Origin: a virus
Strand: one strand, 5' to 3'
Length of the DNA stretch: 43,153 nt
Virus record (IMG/VR): IMGVR_UViG_3300045988_016831
Below the pieces are notes generated by a model. That model made no database searches, was not told where the DNA came from, and was given only the letters and a program-made list of their open reading frames with translations. Below are positions 32,948 through 41,078 of this stretch, in pieces. Position numbers and translations under genes: made by a program. Positions within the stretch are counted from its first letter, which is position 1. Each line of letters opens with the position of its first letter.

Positions 32948-34495
32948 TTAAATCCTCAATTTTACTGACATTCTAAACGGTACATGACTCTTCGCTTCTT
33001 CGTGCGTCCTTGAATATTCGATTCGTTCTATTACAGTTTTCAGAAAAGCGTTCTTTTCTTTGGCAGACAGCGAAGTGCTTTCTATGGCCTTAATCGCATC
33101 GGAAAGCATGGCAATCTTTTTTTGAAGATGTTCCCTCTGTGGTTTCTCGCTCCGCAACTGTTCCAGAGCTTTTTCAGCATTCCCTTTGCTTTCCGTATTT
33201 TTCAGATTCAACTTGTCGAAGATCTCCTTCGGCATTTCTCCATCCGCATACTTTTCCCATAGATGTAACTCTTTCAGTTCTAGCGTTTGCACCTGCTTCT
33301 CAAGCATCTGGATCTGGGCTTCTTTTTCTCGACCATCGCTTTCTTCTTCGAGCTCTATCTTGCAATCCTCAATAGAGCAGAGCAAGGATGATACTAATGC
33401 CTGCGAATATTCGGAAAATAGGCAAGAAGCAGCTTCGCAATTTGTAAGACCAGAACATACAAGTCGAGGATTATATTTGAACTTTCCATTCCGGAGCCCC
33501 GTGTGGTACATCATGGCTCTTCCGCAGATACCGCAATACGCAATTCCAGCAACAGGGTTGACCTGCTCATAGCTATCACGCTTCCGACTCCGGTTTTTGA
33601 GCAGCTCTTGGACGTGAACAAAAACATCATGGTCTATCATCCGCGGGTGCCGCGCTGGGAAAAGCTCATAGTCTTTTGAGCGCGGCCTGGATTTGACAAC
33701 TTCCCCGTCTTTCACGCGTGAGACATCGCCACGCCTTTTCCAGGCAATCATCTGGTCGTAGTGGTCATTCTTGGCAATATCGAGGAGCATCTGAACCGTC
33801 CAGGGCTTCCCGGCTGGTGAATTTGCTCCCATAGCCTTTAATTCTTTTGCCACAGTATATGGCAGCACGCCTGCGTTAAGTCGGTCGAAGATATACCGGA
33901 CTGTTGGCGCATCGGGGCCGAAATCCAGTGTAGGCCGCTTCCTCTTCCCATCCTGCACAGTTACACGGACAAAACCGAACGGCGGCTTTGAAGCGATATA
34001 CCATCCATCCTTGACAGACTGATATTTTCCACGGGCAAGAATTTTTTTCGTATATTCCAGATATTCATTTCCTCTCTTAAGTTCCCTCTCAAAGAAATCC
34101 CGGTCGTAGTCATCCTCAATATCATATATCTTTTGAGGTGTGATCACCTTGGTATGGGTATACCGCAGTATCTTAATCAGTCGCCCAGCGTCCTCTAGGT
34201 CTCCTCTGGATAATCGCTGAACCTCTACCACCAGCACGCCCTTAATACCAGGTGATTCCACCTGACGGAGAACCTTGCAGAATTCCGGGCGATCTGCTAT
34301 GGTCTCGCCGGATACGACCTCCCGATAAAAGTTCTTTGCCGGGATATCGTGGACAAGGTTCCGGCCTATCCACTCCCGGATAATCTCTTCGTGCTTTTGA
34401 AGCACATCCTCTACCGATAAATATGGGTCATCGGATCTGGATTTTCGGAGATAGACAAGGATCTCCTCTGGTTTGAATTCGTAAGATTGATACAC
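32948..34495 (-). CDS. int: Large serine recombinase (integrase)
   Basis: The resolvase-type N-domain motif VYLRKSRSD carries the catalytic Ser. Recombinase domain, zinc ribbon CGICGRAM...C, and C-terminal coiled coil. GTG start with AAGGAGG upstream. Confidence 0.9.
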   Translation of the reverse strand: MYQSYEFKPEEILVYLRKSRSDDPYLSVEDVLQKHEEIIREWIGRNLVHDIPAKNFYREVVSGETIADRPEFCKVLRQVESPGIKGVLVVEVQRLSRGDLEDAGRLIKILRYTHTKVITPQKIYDIEDDYDRDFFERELKRGNEYLEYTKKILARGKYQSVKDGWYIASKPPFGFVRVTVQDGKRKRPTLDFGPDAPTVRYIFDRLNAGVLPYTVAKELKAMGANSPAGKPWTVQMLLDIAKNDHYDQMIAWKRRGDVSRVKDGEVVKSRPRSKDYELFPARHPRMIDHDVFVHVQELLKNRSRKRDSYEQVNPVAGIAYCGICGRAMMYHTGLRNGKFKYNPRLVCSGLTNCEAASCLFSEYSQALVSSLLCSIEDCKIELEEESDGREKEAQIQMLEKQVQTLELKELHLWEKYADGEMPKEIFDKLNLKNTESKGNAEKALEQLRSEKPQREHLQKKIAMLSDAIKAIESTSLSAKEKNAFLKTVIERIEYSRTHEEAKSHVPFRMSVKLRI

Positions 34496-34576
34496 TGTAC
34501 ATTCCTCCTTGATATTTTTATTCCAGAATGATACAATGCAAGTGTAGTAGGTGCATTGTGATTAATTCCGGTGTGC

Positions 34577-34610
34577 AAAAAGTCCAGGCGTTGAAGCACC
34601 TGGACTTTTT
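34577..34610 (-). terminator. Bidirectional-looking terminator between the TM2 gene and int
   Basis: aaaaa-gtccagg-cgttgaagca-cctggac-ttttt, directly after the stop of 34611..34976. Confidence 0.7.
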
Positions 34611-34976
34611 CTATACGTAATATGGATCCGGCTTCAGTAGTATCAGAATCAGGTCTACTATGATTCCTACACCGCAAAGCCCGAGGGTAAGCAGATATAT
34701 GATTGCTGTGAATATCTTCCCCTCATAGAAGCGATGTGCGCCCATCCATCCGAGAAACAGGCACAAAAAGAAAGATACCCATTTCCTTTTCATCTTTCCA
34801 GCCACAACTACCGTATTCGATGCGGATGCACTGGCCGCAGCGGAGTTATTGATAATGATATTGTCGGGCTTGGAGGACTTTAATTCCTCCACCTGCTTAC
34901 CACACTTCGGGCAGATAACGCAATCAGCGTCAATGACTTCTCCACAGTGCTTACAATACTTTGTTTCCACTATCAC
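34611..34976 (-). CDS. Zinc-ribbon plus TM2-domain membrane protein
   Basis: CKHCG...CPKCG at the N-terminus. FFLCLFLGWMGAHRFYEGKIFTAIIYLLTLGLCGVG is a TM2-domain signature. Confidence 0.7.
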   Translation of the reverse strand: MIVETKYCKHCGEVIDADCVICPKCGKQVEELKSSKPDNIIINNSAAASASASNTVVVAGKMKRKWVSFFLCLFLGWMGAHRFYEGKIFTAIIYLLTLGLCGVGIIVDLILILLKPDPYYV

Positions 34977-34978
34977 AC

Positions 34979-35563
34979 CTACTTTCCTGTTATGTAGCTG
35001 TCCACGCCATCGCAGGCCGATTTCCGGCCATTCTCAACCACCTTGGACAGCGATTCAATATCAGGCATAATCTCACCCTCATTGACCAGCTCACCACGAG
35101 CGGATTCCATCAAAAAGTTGTCATACACGGTCTGAGCCACGTTCACCCTTGACCGCATAGAGCAGTGATTATCCGCTACAATCATGTTAAGCTGTTCACG
35201 CCACGATGATCCAGTATTGCCGAAGATGCAGAAGTAAGCCCGCCGGATATCCGTGTCGGTGAAATAGGTATCAACGTAGTGATGTATCTGCTCTCTCATG
35301 GATGCAATATTGCCATCTGTGCTGTGTGATATTGTGCCTGGATTATTATACTCTACTAAGTAACGCCCCAAATTCAGCCCAAGGACTTCAAACCATCGTT
35401 CCAAGGTGCGGTACCCCGGTTCCCCGATTCCAGCTTCCCAATTCTGAATGGTATTTATTGACTTCCCCAAGGCCTGTGCCATGTACTTACGGGACTTTCC
35501 CGCGTCTGCGCGGGATTTCTCGAGCATTAGCCCGAAAGCCCTTGCTCTGTCTGCTTCCATCAT
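34979..35563 (-). CDS. XRE-family HTH regulator with ~120-aa unknown C-domain
   Basis: GKSRKYMAQALGKSINTIQNWEAGIGEP is an XRE-type HTH. No S24 peptidase motifs seen. Confidence 0.7.
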   Translation of the reverse strand: MMEADRARAFGLMLEKSRADAGKSRKYMAQALGKSINTIQNWEAGIGEPGYRTLERWFEVLGLNLGRYLVEYNNPGTISHSTDGNIASMREQIHHYVDTYFTDTDIRRAYFCIFGNTGSSWREQLNMIVADNHCSMRSRVNVAQTVYDNFLMESARGELVNEGEIMPDIESLSKVVENGRKSACDGVDSYITGK

Positions 35564-35619
35564 ATAAGTTCATTGTTCCCCTCTCTAACCAAAAAACTGA
35601 TGTTTTTGTTGAAAAAATC

Positions 35620-35637
35620 AACCAAAAAATTTTGGTT
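35620..35637. promoter_or_regulatory. Inverted repeat AACCAAAA-aa-TTTTGGTT (operator candidate)
   Basis: 8-bp arms. A third AACCAAAAAA copy sits about 30 nt upstream at 35588..35597. Confidence 0.35.
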
Positions 35638-35719
35638 ATAAAAAATTAAAAATTCACCAACTACATTTTTTAGACTTATTGTATAATCAATTCAAAAGTT
35701 ATTGGTAAATCTTGTATCT

Positions 35720-35748
35720 ATATTAAAACAATACGATGAGTTTTTCAA
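35720..35748 (-). promoter_or_regulatory. Candidate promoter for the 35563..34611 operon
   Basis: On the - strand: TTGAAA, 17 nt, TAATAT. Confidence 0.4.
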
Positions 35749-35795
35749 GTAAAAAATGTAAAATCGACACAAATAGACATTACATTTTTGAATAG

Positions 35796-35824
35796 TTGAC
35801 AAGCACAAACATACGTTCTATAAT
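35796..35824 (+). promoter_or_regulatory. Perfect-consensus promoter (TTGACA, 17 nt, TATAAT)
   Basis: Read directly from the sequence. About 30 nt upstream of the small ORF at 35857. Confidence 0.65.
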
Positions 35825-35856
35825 TTAAGCCAAGGAACGGCGAGAGGGGGATCTGC

Positions 35857-36006
35857 ATGGGCGACAAAGAACGAATGGAGCAGTACAGGAAAGAGATTCT
35901 GGAGATGGTGGAGAAGATCAATAGTGAAAAAATAATGAATCTCGTATATTGGTATGTCAAAAGGGGATATAATGAAGAAAGGGCGGGGAAAAATCCCACG
36001 CCCTAA
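35857..36006 (+). CDS. Small helical protein (49 aa; below the ORF-track cutoff), convergent with the CI-like repressor
   Basis: GAGAGGGGGA before the ATG. Translation MGDKERMEQYRKEILEMVEKINSEKIMNLVYWYVKRGYNEERAGKNPTP. Confidence 0.45.
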   Translation: MGDKERMEQYRKEILEMVEKINSEKIMNLVYWYVKRGYNEERAGKNPTP

Positions 36007-36009
36007 CAC

Positions 36010-36378
36010 CTAAAAGACGAACTTCTCAAAAAAATCACACAGCAAATCCTTTTTATCGGGCGGCAGCTGGTCGTATTCAAGAATTATTTTTTTGAAGCGA
36101 TCATCTGTCAGCCCGATTTTCATTACAGCGTCAGAATATTCTGCATCAACATCCCGGCTGATTTTTTCATCAGTAAGATCCGTCAATCCTATACGGAAGT
36201 AATCGGCCAAAGCTCTCAACTTTCCAGTACCCGGCATTGACTTACCAGTACACCACATGTTAAAAGTTGATGTGTTTACGCCGAGGCCATCGGCGATTTC
36301 TTTTTGCTGCTTCTGACTATTCGCAATGTACCTACAAAGATTTTTCGAGAATATCTTTTTCTGTTCATCGTTTGTCAT
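36010..36378 (-). CDS. CI-like XRE-family repressor
   Basis: ATG (complement of 36376..36378) after AAGGAGG. HTH KQQKEIADGLGVNTSTFNMWCTGKSMP. Divergent from the cro-like gene. Confidence 0.75.
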   Translation of the reverse strand: MTNDEQKKIFSKNLCRYIANSQKQQKEIADGLGVNTSTFNMWCTGKSMPGTGKLRALADYFRIGLTDLTDEKISRDVDAEYSDAVMKIGLTDDRFKKIILEYDQLPPDKKDLLCDFFEKFVF

Positions 36379-36402
36379 GGTGTTTTCCTCCTTACATATT
36401 GA

Positions 36403-36431
36403 ATTGTACACTATTTAAGAAAATAATTCAA
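36403..36431 (-). promoter_or_regulatory. Candidate repressor-maintenance promoter
   Basis: On the - strand: TTGAAT, 17 nt, TACAAT. The -10 overlaps an ATTGAATT operator half-site. Confidence 0.5.
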
Positions 36432-36461
36432 TAGTAAATTCAAAATAATTGAATTTTAGTG

Positions 36462-36490
36462 TTGACAATTCAATGAGATTGAATTATAAT
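36462..36490 (+). promoter_or_regulatory. Early lytic promoter, perfect consensus (TTGACA, 17 nt, TATAAT)
   Basis: Read directly from the sequence. The spacer is occupied by the operator palindrome. Confidence 0.7.
36467..36485. promoter_or_regulatory. Operator palindrome AATTCAAT-gag-ATTGAATT
   Basis: Perfect 8-bp arms. Further copies of the same 8-mer at 36398, 36425 and 36448, and a variant at 36437. Confidence 0.6.
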
Positions 36491-36522
36491 AAAATCATCC
36501 TAAAGGAAAGGAGGTTCGGCTG

Positions 36523-36726
36523 ATGCCCAAGATTTCACTTGAAGCGGTCAGAGTAAATGCAAAATGTACCCAGAAAGAATGGGCGGATTTGCTGGGAGTA
36601 TCCAACAAAACCGTTGTGAACTGGGAAAAAGGGAATACAGAGCCGACGCTCTCACAGCTTCGGAAAATGAGTGAGCTGTCAGGGATCCCTATGGACTTTA
36701 TTTTTGTGCCTGATAAATTCAATTAA
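36523..36726 (+). CDS. Cro-like XRE-family HTH protein
   Basis: CTQKEWADLLGVSNKTVVNWEKGNTEP. AAAGGAGG before the ATG. Confidence 0.75.
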   Translation: MPKISLEAVRVNAKCTQKEWADLLGVSNKTVVNWEKGNTEPTLSQLRKMSELSGIPMDFIFVPDKFN

Positions 36727-36752
36727 ATTGAATCAAAGAAAGGAGGAATTGC

Positions 36753-37322
36753 ATGAAACGTAAGGTATACGTCATGGACTGCGGTGATTTCATAAAAATC
36801 GGCGTATCTAGTGACCCGGTACGAAGAGCAAAGCAGATTCCATACTCTGTTCTTCGATTCACAGAAAGCCCGGAACTTTACAGCAAGGATGCTTTTGCAT
36901 TAGAGGGGAATCTTCACTGGATTTTCCAGAACGAAAGAAAAGACGATGTATCCGGGCGTGAATACTTCAATGTTCCTTTTGAACTTGCGGAGCAGGTTCT
37001 TACACAACAGCTTGAAGCGATGGAGCCGAAGAAAAAGACGAAATTCCGGTTCTTCAAGGGAAAGGATAGAGAAAGCCTTGTCATAAAAGTAATATCGCTT
37101 CTCAAATATGCGGATGACTTCGACCTGGGGTATATGCTCGGTGCATTAGAAGCGAAGAGAGATAAGACGCAGGATATTGAACAGAAAGAAGATTTCTTCT
37201 GGAATGGAATTGATTCAATGGGAGCCTTGAATGAAAGCGACTTTATGATGGCGCTTTCTTACATAACCGCCTTGCGGGACAAGGAGATCGCCGATTCCTG
37301 CCAGAAAGATGCAGGGCAGTGA
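36753..37322 (+). CDS. T5orf172 (GIY-YIG-like, MUG113) domain protein
   Basis: VYVMDCGDFIKIGVSSDPVRRAKQI...LEGNLHWIFQNERK...REYFNV fits the T5orf172 pattern. Confidence 0.6.
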   Translation: MKRKVYVMDCGDFIKIGVSSDPVRRAKQIPYSVLRFTESPELYSKDAFALEGNLHWIFQNERKDDVSGREYFNVPFELAEQVLTQQLEAMEPKKKTKFRFFKGKDRESLVIKVISLLKYADDFDLGYMLGALEAKRDKTQDIEQKEDFFWNGIDSMGALNESDFMMALSYITALRDKEIADSCQKDAGQ

Positions 37323-37367
37323 AGAAATAGCGGCAAAGGTAGATTTAAGTGGGAAGAGGTGAGTTAA

Positions 37368-37523
37368 TTGGCATTTTTAGCCGGATTCTTTGGCGGTGCG
37401 CTGTTCGGTACAACAGCACTGATGGTATTTGCCGTCTGCTATGCGGATAAGGTAGATCAGTGTGAGGACTGCGAATTGCGGAAAGAGAAAGAAGAAAAAG
37501 AAAGTGCTCCAGCGGGAGATTAG
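37368..37523 (+). CDS. Small membrane protein (51 aa, TTG start)
   Basis: AGAGGTGAG upstream of the start. Hydrophobic AFLAGFFGGALFGTTALMVFAV followed by an acidic/basic tail. Confidence 0.3.
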   Translation: MAFLAGFFGGALFGTTALMVFAVCYADKVDQCEDCELRKEKEEKESAPAGD

Positions 37524-37625
37524 GCCCTCCCACCAGAGCGAGTAACCACATTGAACAGACCAATGCGGATACAGGATCAGCATACCACTTTTCTCCTGTA
37601 TCGGCAAGAGTACAGGAGGAATTTT

Positions 37626-37790
37626 ATGGGAGAAAATGAGAAATCGACAAAGTTAGACACGCTGGCTGCGGAAATCATCGAGCAGCAGCGGGAAGATTAT
37701 AGAAAGGAGCGCAGAATCCTGTTCACAATCTGGCTGATAACCTTCGCGGCCTTGGTCGTGAGCAACGGGATCTGGATGTGGAAAGCATGA
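37626..37790 (+). CDS. Small membrane protein (54 aa)
   Basis: AGGAGG before ATG 37626. C-terminal TM segment LFTIWLITFAALVVSNGIWMW. Confidence 0.45.
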   Translation: MGENEKSTKLDTLAAEIIEQQREDYRKERRILFTIWLITFAALVVSNGIWMWKA

Positions 37791-37933
37791 CTACACAAAC
37801 CTTCGTGTATGAAAAATGCATCGTAACCGTTGAACACCCGGAGCTTACAGCCGAAGAGCGGGAGCGCCGGATGGGACTTATCAAAAAGGAAGCGGCCAGA
37901 TTGTTGATGGCGCTGTACAAGGAAGAAAAATGA
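37787..37933 (+). CDS. Hypothetical small protein (48 aa)
   Basis: ATGA overlaps on both sides link it to its neighbours. Confidence 0.4.
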   Translation: MTTQTFVYEKCIVTVEHPELTAEERERRMGLIKKEAARLLMALYKEEK

Positions 37934-38283
37934 CCATTGAAGCAATGGAGCTTCTCCGGCATGGCATAATTGCCCGGGCCTGCATGGACTATGATACAGC
38001 GATTCGGTACCTGGCAAGGGCGCCGGAGAAGCAGACAGAAGGCAGAACAATCCAGCAGGAAGCCGTCAAGGCGGAGTGCGAGCGGTTTTTCTATAGTAAC
38101 TGGTTCCGGGTCTTGTGTGAGCTAGACGGAGAGACGGTCATGCGGGGCGTGGCCAGAAATGGTTACTGCGGAAATAACTTCACCGCAAACTCACACATTG
38201 GCCGGAAGATTCAAGGCAATAAGCGCCGGGAGCGGCGCAGAAAGGAAATGGAGGAGCATGAGAAACGAAAGAAGCATTTGTGA
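37930..38283 (+). CDS. Hypothetical protein with a highly basic C-terminus
   Basis: ORF. The C-terminus is KRRERRRKEMEEHEKRKK. Confidence 0.5.
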   Translation: MTIEAMELLRHGIIARACMDYDTAIRYLARAPEKQTEGRTIQQEAVKAECERFFYSNWFRVLCELDGETVMRGVARNGYCGNNFTANSHIGRKIQGNKRRERRRKEMEEHEKRKKHL

Positions 38284-38453
38284 ATTCAAAGCATTTCTTC
38301 GTGCGCTTATCCCCATGATGGTGATGGGATGCGGGATGTATGCATGGGCGCTGCTGTTGTGGGTGGTGGCCGGATGAAAGCGAACACAATAGGCATTATA
38401 GCAGGAATTATAGCGGTGGCGCTGGTGCTGCTGCATTGATGGAGGAAAGAACG

Positions 38454-38705
38454 ATGGAGGACAACGATCTGGTAGTACAGGCCGACAGATACCATGCGCT
38501 CTGCGCTATGGAAGGCCGGGTGAATGCACTGGTTGACTTGATTCGCGCCAAGAAAGAGCTGACCACGGATGATGTGCTTATCATCCTGGGATATGAGCCG
38601 GAAGAAAAAATAGGCATGCGTGGGTCAGTAATTACCGCCGAAGATCTGATGGACGCAGAGATGCGAGAAAGAAGGAAGTATGCTGGAGAACCGGATGCTG
38701 ATTGA
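38454..38705 (+). CDS. Hypothetical protein (83 aa)
   Basis: GGAGGAAAG 8 nt before ATG 38454. Confidence 0.5.
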   Translation: MEDNDLVVQADRYHALCAMEGRVNALVDLIRAKKELTTDDVLIILGYEPEEKIGMRGSVITAEDLMDAEMRERRKYAGEPDAD

Positions 38706-38785
38706 TTCCGAGTGGAATGAGCGAGAGTACGGCGTACTACTGCCGAGAAAGCGGGACAAATGGGAAGAGGAGGAAAACGAGGAGT

Positions 38786-39424
38786 ATGAGCGAGAACAAG
38801 AATCTGACGATATATGAAGCGGTCAGGACAGTTCCGGGCAATGCCCAGAGAGAGATTAAGGCCGGACGCTTAAAAGGAAAGACCGATATTAACCCTATGT
38901 GGCGAATCAAGGTACTGACTGAACAGTTCGGGCCGTGCGGGGTTGGCTGGTATTATGAGACAACTCGGAAATGGATTGGAGAATCTGAAAAGGAAGCCGC
39001 TGCTTTTGTCGATATCAAACTCTATATCAAGGTTAATGGCGAGTGGTCAAAGCCTATCGAAGGAACTGGCGGAAGTATGTTCAGATCGTCAGAAAGCAAA
39101 GGGATCTACACTTCCGACGAATGCTATAAGATGGCGACCACTGACGCAATATCAGTAGCCTGCAAACAGCTTGGCATTGGAGCCGACATATACTGGGGCG
39201 CGGATTCCACGAAGTACACGGCGCAGGCGGAGCCACCACTGTCACAGGATGGAGACAAGCCTGCATCGCAGGCAATGATCAAGACCATCGAGAGTATCTG
39301 CAAAAAGCACGGAACCACGCCGGAGGATATCTGCAAGGGCTTTGGAGTGCAGTGGAAAGGAATCACGAACACTCTGGCCGGGCAGATGCTGGCATATCTG
39401 AAGCAGACCTATAAGGACGAATGA
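38786..39424 (+). CDS. Rad52/Sak-type single-strand annealing protein
   Basis: GGAGG before ATG 38786. The sequence ...KMATTDAISVACKQLGIGADIYWG resembles the conserved K.A.TDA.KR....G.G..LY of Rad52-like annealases. Confidence 0.55.
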   Translation: MSENKNLTIYEAVRTVPGNAQREIKAGRLKGKTDINPMWRIKVLTEQFGPCGVGWYYETTRKWIGESEKEAAAFVDIKLYIKVNGEWSKPIEGTGGSMFRSSESKGIYTSDECYKMATTDAISVACKQLGIGADIYWGADSTKYTAQAEPPLSQDGDKPASQAMIKTIESICKKHGTTPEDICKGFGVQWKGITNTLAGQMLAYLKQTYKDE

Positions 39425-39425
39425 T

Positions 39426-39986
39426 ATGAAAGTAACAGGATTCCTCGTAGACCTCTTCCTGGACTGGAAGAGTAGAAAAACCAGAGTGACTTTTGAGGTT
39501 GGCGCAAGGCCGGAGGACTTGGAGAAACTTAAAGAGAAAAAGCTGACGGTTGAGATTAAGCAATACCGGGAAAAGCGGTCACTGGATGCCAATGCTTACT
39601 ATTGGCAGCTCCTTACACAGCTTGCAGATGCGCTGAATATCTCCAAGCCAGCGGCCCACAACCGGATGCTCCGGCAGTACGGGCAACTGATGATTATTGA
39701 CGGGCAGGCCGTTTATACAGTCCTCCCGGATACCGAGGAAGCGGAAAAGGCCATCAATGCCGCCGAGACTTACCACCTGAAGCCTACATCACAGGTCAAG
39801 GATGGCAAGGGCGGGAAGATGTACCGCACGTACATGATGCTTCGCGGCTCCAGCGACTACGACACGAAAGAAATGAGTGTGTTAATCAATGGCCTGGTTG
39901 AGGAATGCAAGGAGCAGGGTATTGAGACCCTACCGCCGGATGAATTAAGGAGGATGATAGAAGATGCAGAGCATCATACAGGATGA
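39426..39986 (+). CDS. NinB/Orf-like recombination mediator (tentative)
   Basis: KRSLDANAYYWQLLTQLA resembles the NinB RS..QN..W motif. Adjacent to the annealase. Confidence 0.4.
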   Translation: MKVTGFLVDLFLDWKSRKTRVTFEVGARPEDLEKLKEKKLTVEIKQYREKRSLDANAYYWQLLTQLADALNISKPAAHNRMLRQYGQLMIIDGQAVYTVLPDTEEAEKAINAAETYHLKPTSQVKDGKGGKMYRTYMMLRGSSDYDTKEMSVLINGLVEECKEQGIETLPPDELRRMIEDAEHHTG

Positions 39987-40284
39987 TTCGACCTACTGCT
40001 TTCTTGACGGGAAAAACGGGCATGGAGATCCACTTGAGAAGCATCATGTTTTCTTCGGCGTACCGAATAGGCAACACTCGGAAGAAGATGGACTTACGGT
40101 ATGGCTGTGCGGGGATAATTGCCATAGGAACGGTAAGAAGTCAGCTCACCGCTGCAATGAAACGAACCGATATCTTAAGCGGAAAGCGCAGACAGCGTGG
40201 GAGTTGAAGCGGCAGCAGTCCGGAATGACACCGGAGGAAGCCCGGAAAGCGTTCATTGCCCGGTACGGAAAGAGCGAGTTATAA
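39964..40284 (+). CDS. Cys/His-rich (HNH-like) hypothetical protein
   Basis: CFLDG...LEKHHVFFGVPNRQHSEEDGLTVWLCGDNCH. Confidence 0.4.
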   Translation: MQSIIQDDSTYCFLDGKNGHGDPLEKHHVFFGVPNRQHSEEDGLTVWLCGDNCHRNGKKSAHRCNETNRYLKRKAQTAWELKRQQSGMTPEEARKAFIARYGKSEL

Positions 40285-40402
40285 GAGCCTATGCGTCCAG
40301 ACATACTTGGGCAGCAATAATATATCACACAATGTAAGCCAATGATTTTACCTCCTGCCACGATTGGCAGGCCCGCCCTTCGGGGCGGGAGAAAGGAGAA
40401 AC

Positions 40403-40804
40403 ATGAACAGCAGGGAGAAAGGAAAAAAAGGCGAGCGAGAACTCGCCGGAATCCTTAAGGCTCACGGCTACAAAGCCCGCCGGGGTCAGCAGTACTGCGG
40501 GACAAGTGGCGAGGCTGATGTAATCGGTATCCCTGGCGTACACATAGAGTGCAAGAGAGTAGAAAAGCTAAACATCTACACAGCAATGGCGCAGGCCGTC
40601 CGGGACGCAAGACAGGGGGAAATCCCCACAGTGTTCCACCGCAAAAACCGGGAGGAATGGCTTGTGACTATGAGATTGGAGGATTACCTGGAAGAGAGGA
40701 GGGCAATCGATGAAACAGCAGGACATAGAAGCCCGGTTATTATTCCGACAGATCGGGATAGGCCGGGAGCGGGCGATAAAGAGGCCGGAGAACCGGAGCC
40801 TTGA
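40403..40804 (+). CDS. PD-(D/E)xK Holliday-junction-resolvase-like nuclease
   Basis: GERELAGILKAHGY...GEADVIGIPGVHIECK carries the D...ExK motif. AAAGGAG before ATG 40403. The 3' end overlaps the next gene by 95 nt. Confidence 0.55.
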   Translation: MNSREKGKKGERELAGILKAHGYKARRGQQYCGTSGEADVIGIPGVHIECKRVEKLNIYTAMAQAVRDARQGEIPTVFHRKNREEWLVTMRLEDYLEERRAIDETAGHRSPVIIPTDRDRPGAGDKEAGEPEP

Positions 40805-41078
40805 CCGTAAACTCCGCAGGCTGATAGCCGAGGCCAACGCGCAGGGCTGTCTCATTATCAACGTGGGGAGCGGAATATATATCCCAAGGCTTGACGTACC
40901 GGAAGAGGACAGCGAGCTGCGGGAGTATATCGCAAAAGAGACCAGCAGAGGCGTGGAGACACTGAAAAAGGCAAGGGCTATGAATAAGGCCTACCAGCGA
41001 TTAAAGGCCGTATATCAAGGCCAGATAAGCATGGAGGACTACGTGGACGAGTGGAGGATGTGGCAGAATGAGGGATAG
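40710..41078 (+). CDS. Hypothetical protein (122 aa)
   Basis: GAGAGGAGGG before the ATG. Confidence 0.5.
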   Translation: MKQQDIEARLLFRQIGIGRERAIKRPENRSLDRKLRRLIAEANAQGCLIINVGSGIYIPRLDVPEEDSELREYIAKETSRGVETLKKARAMNKAYQRLKAVYQGQISMEDYVDEWRMWQNEG

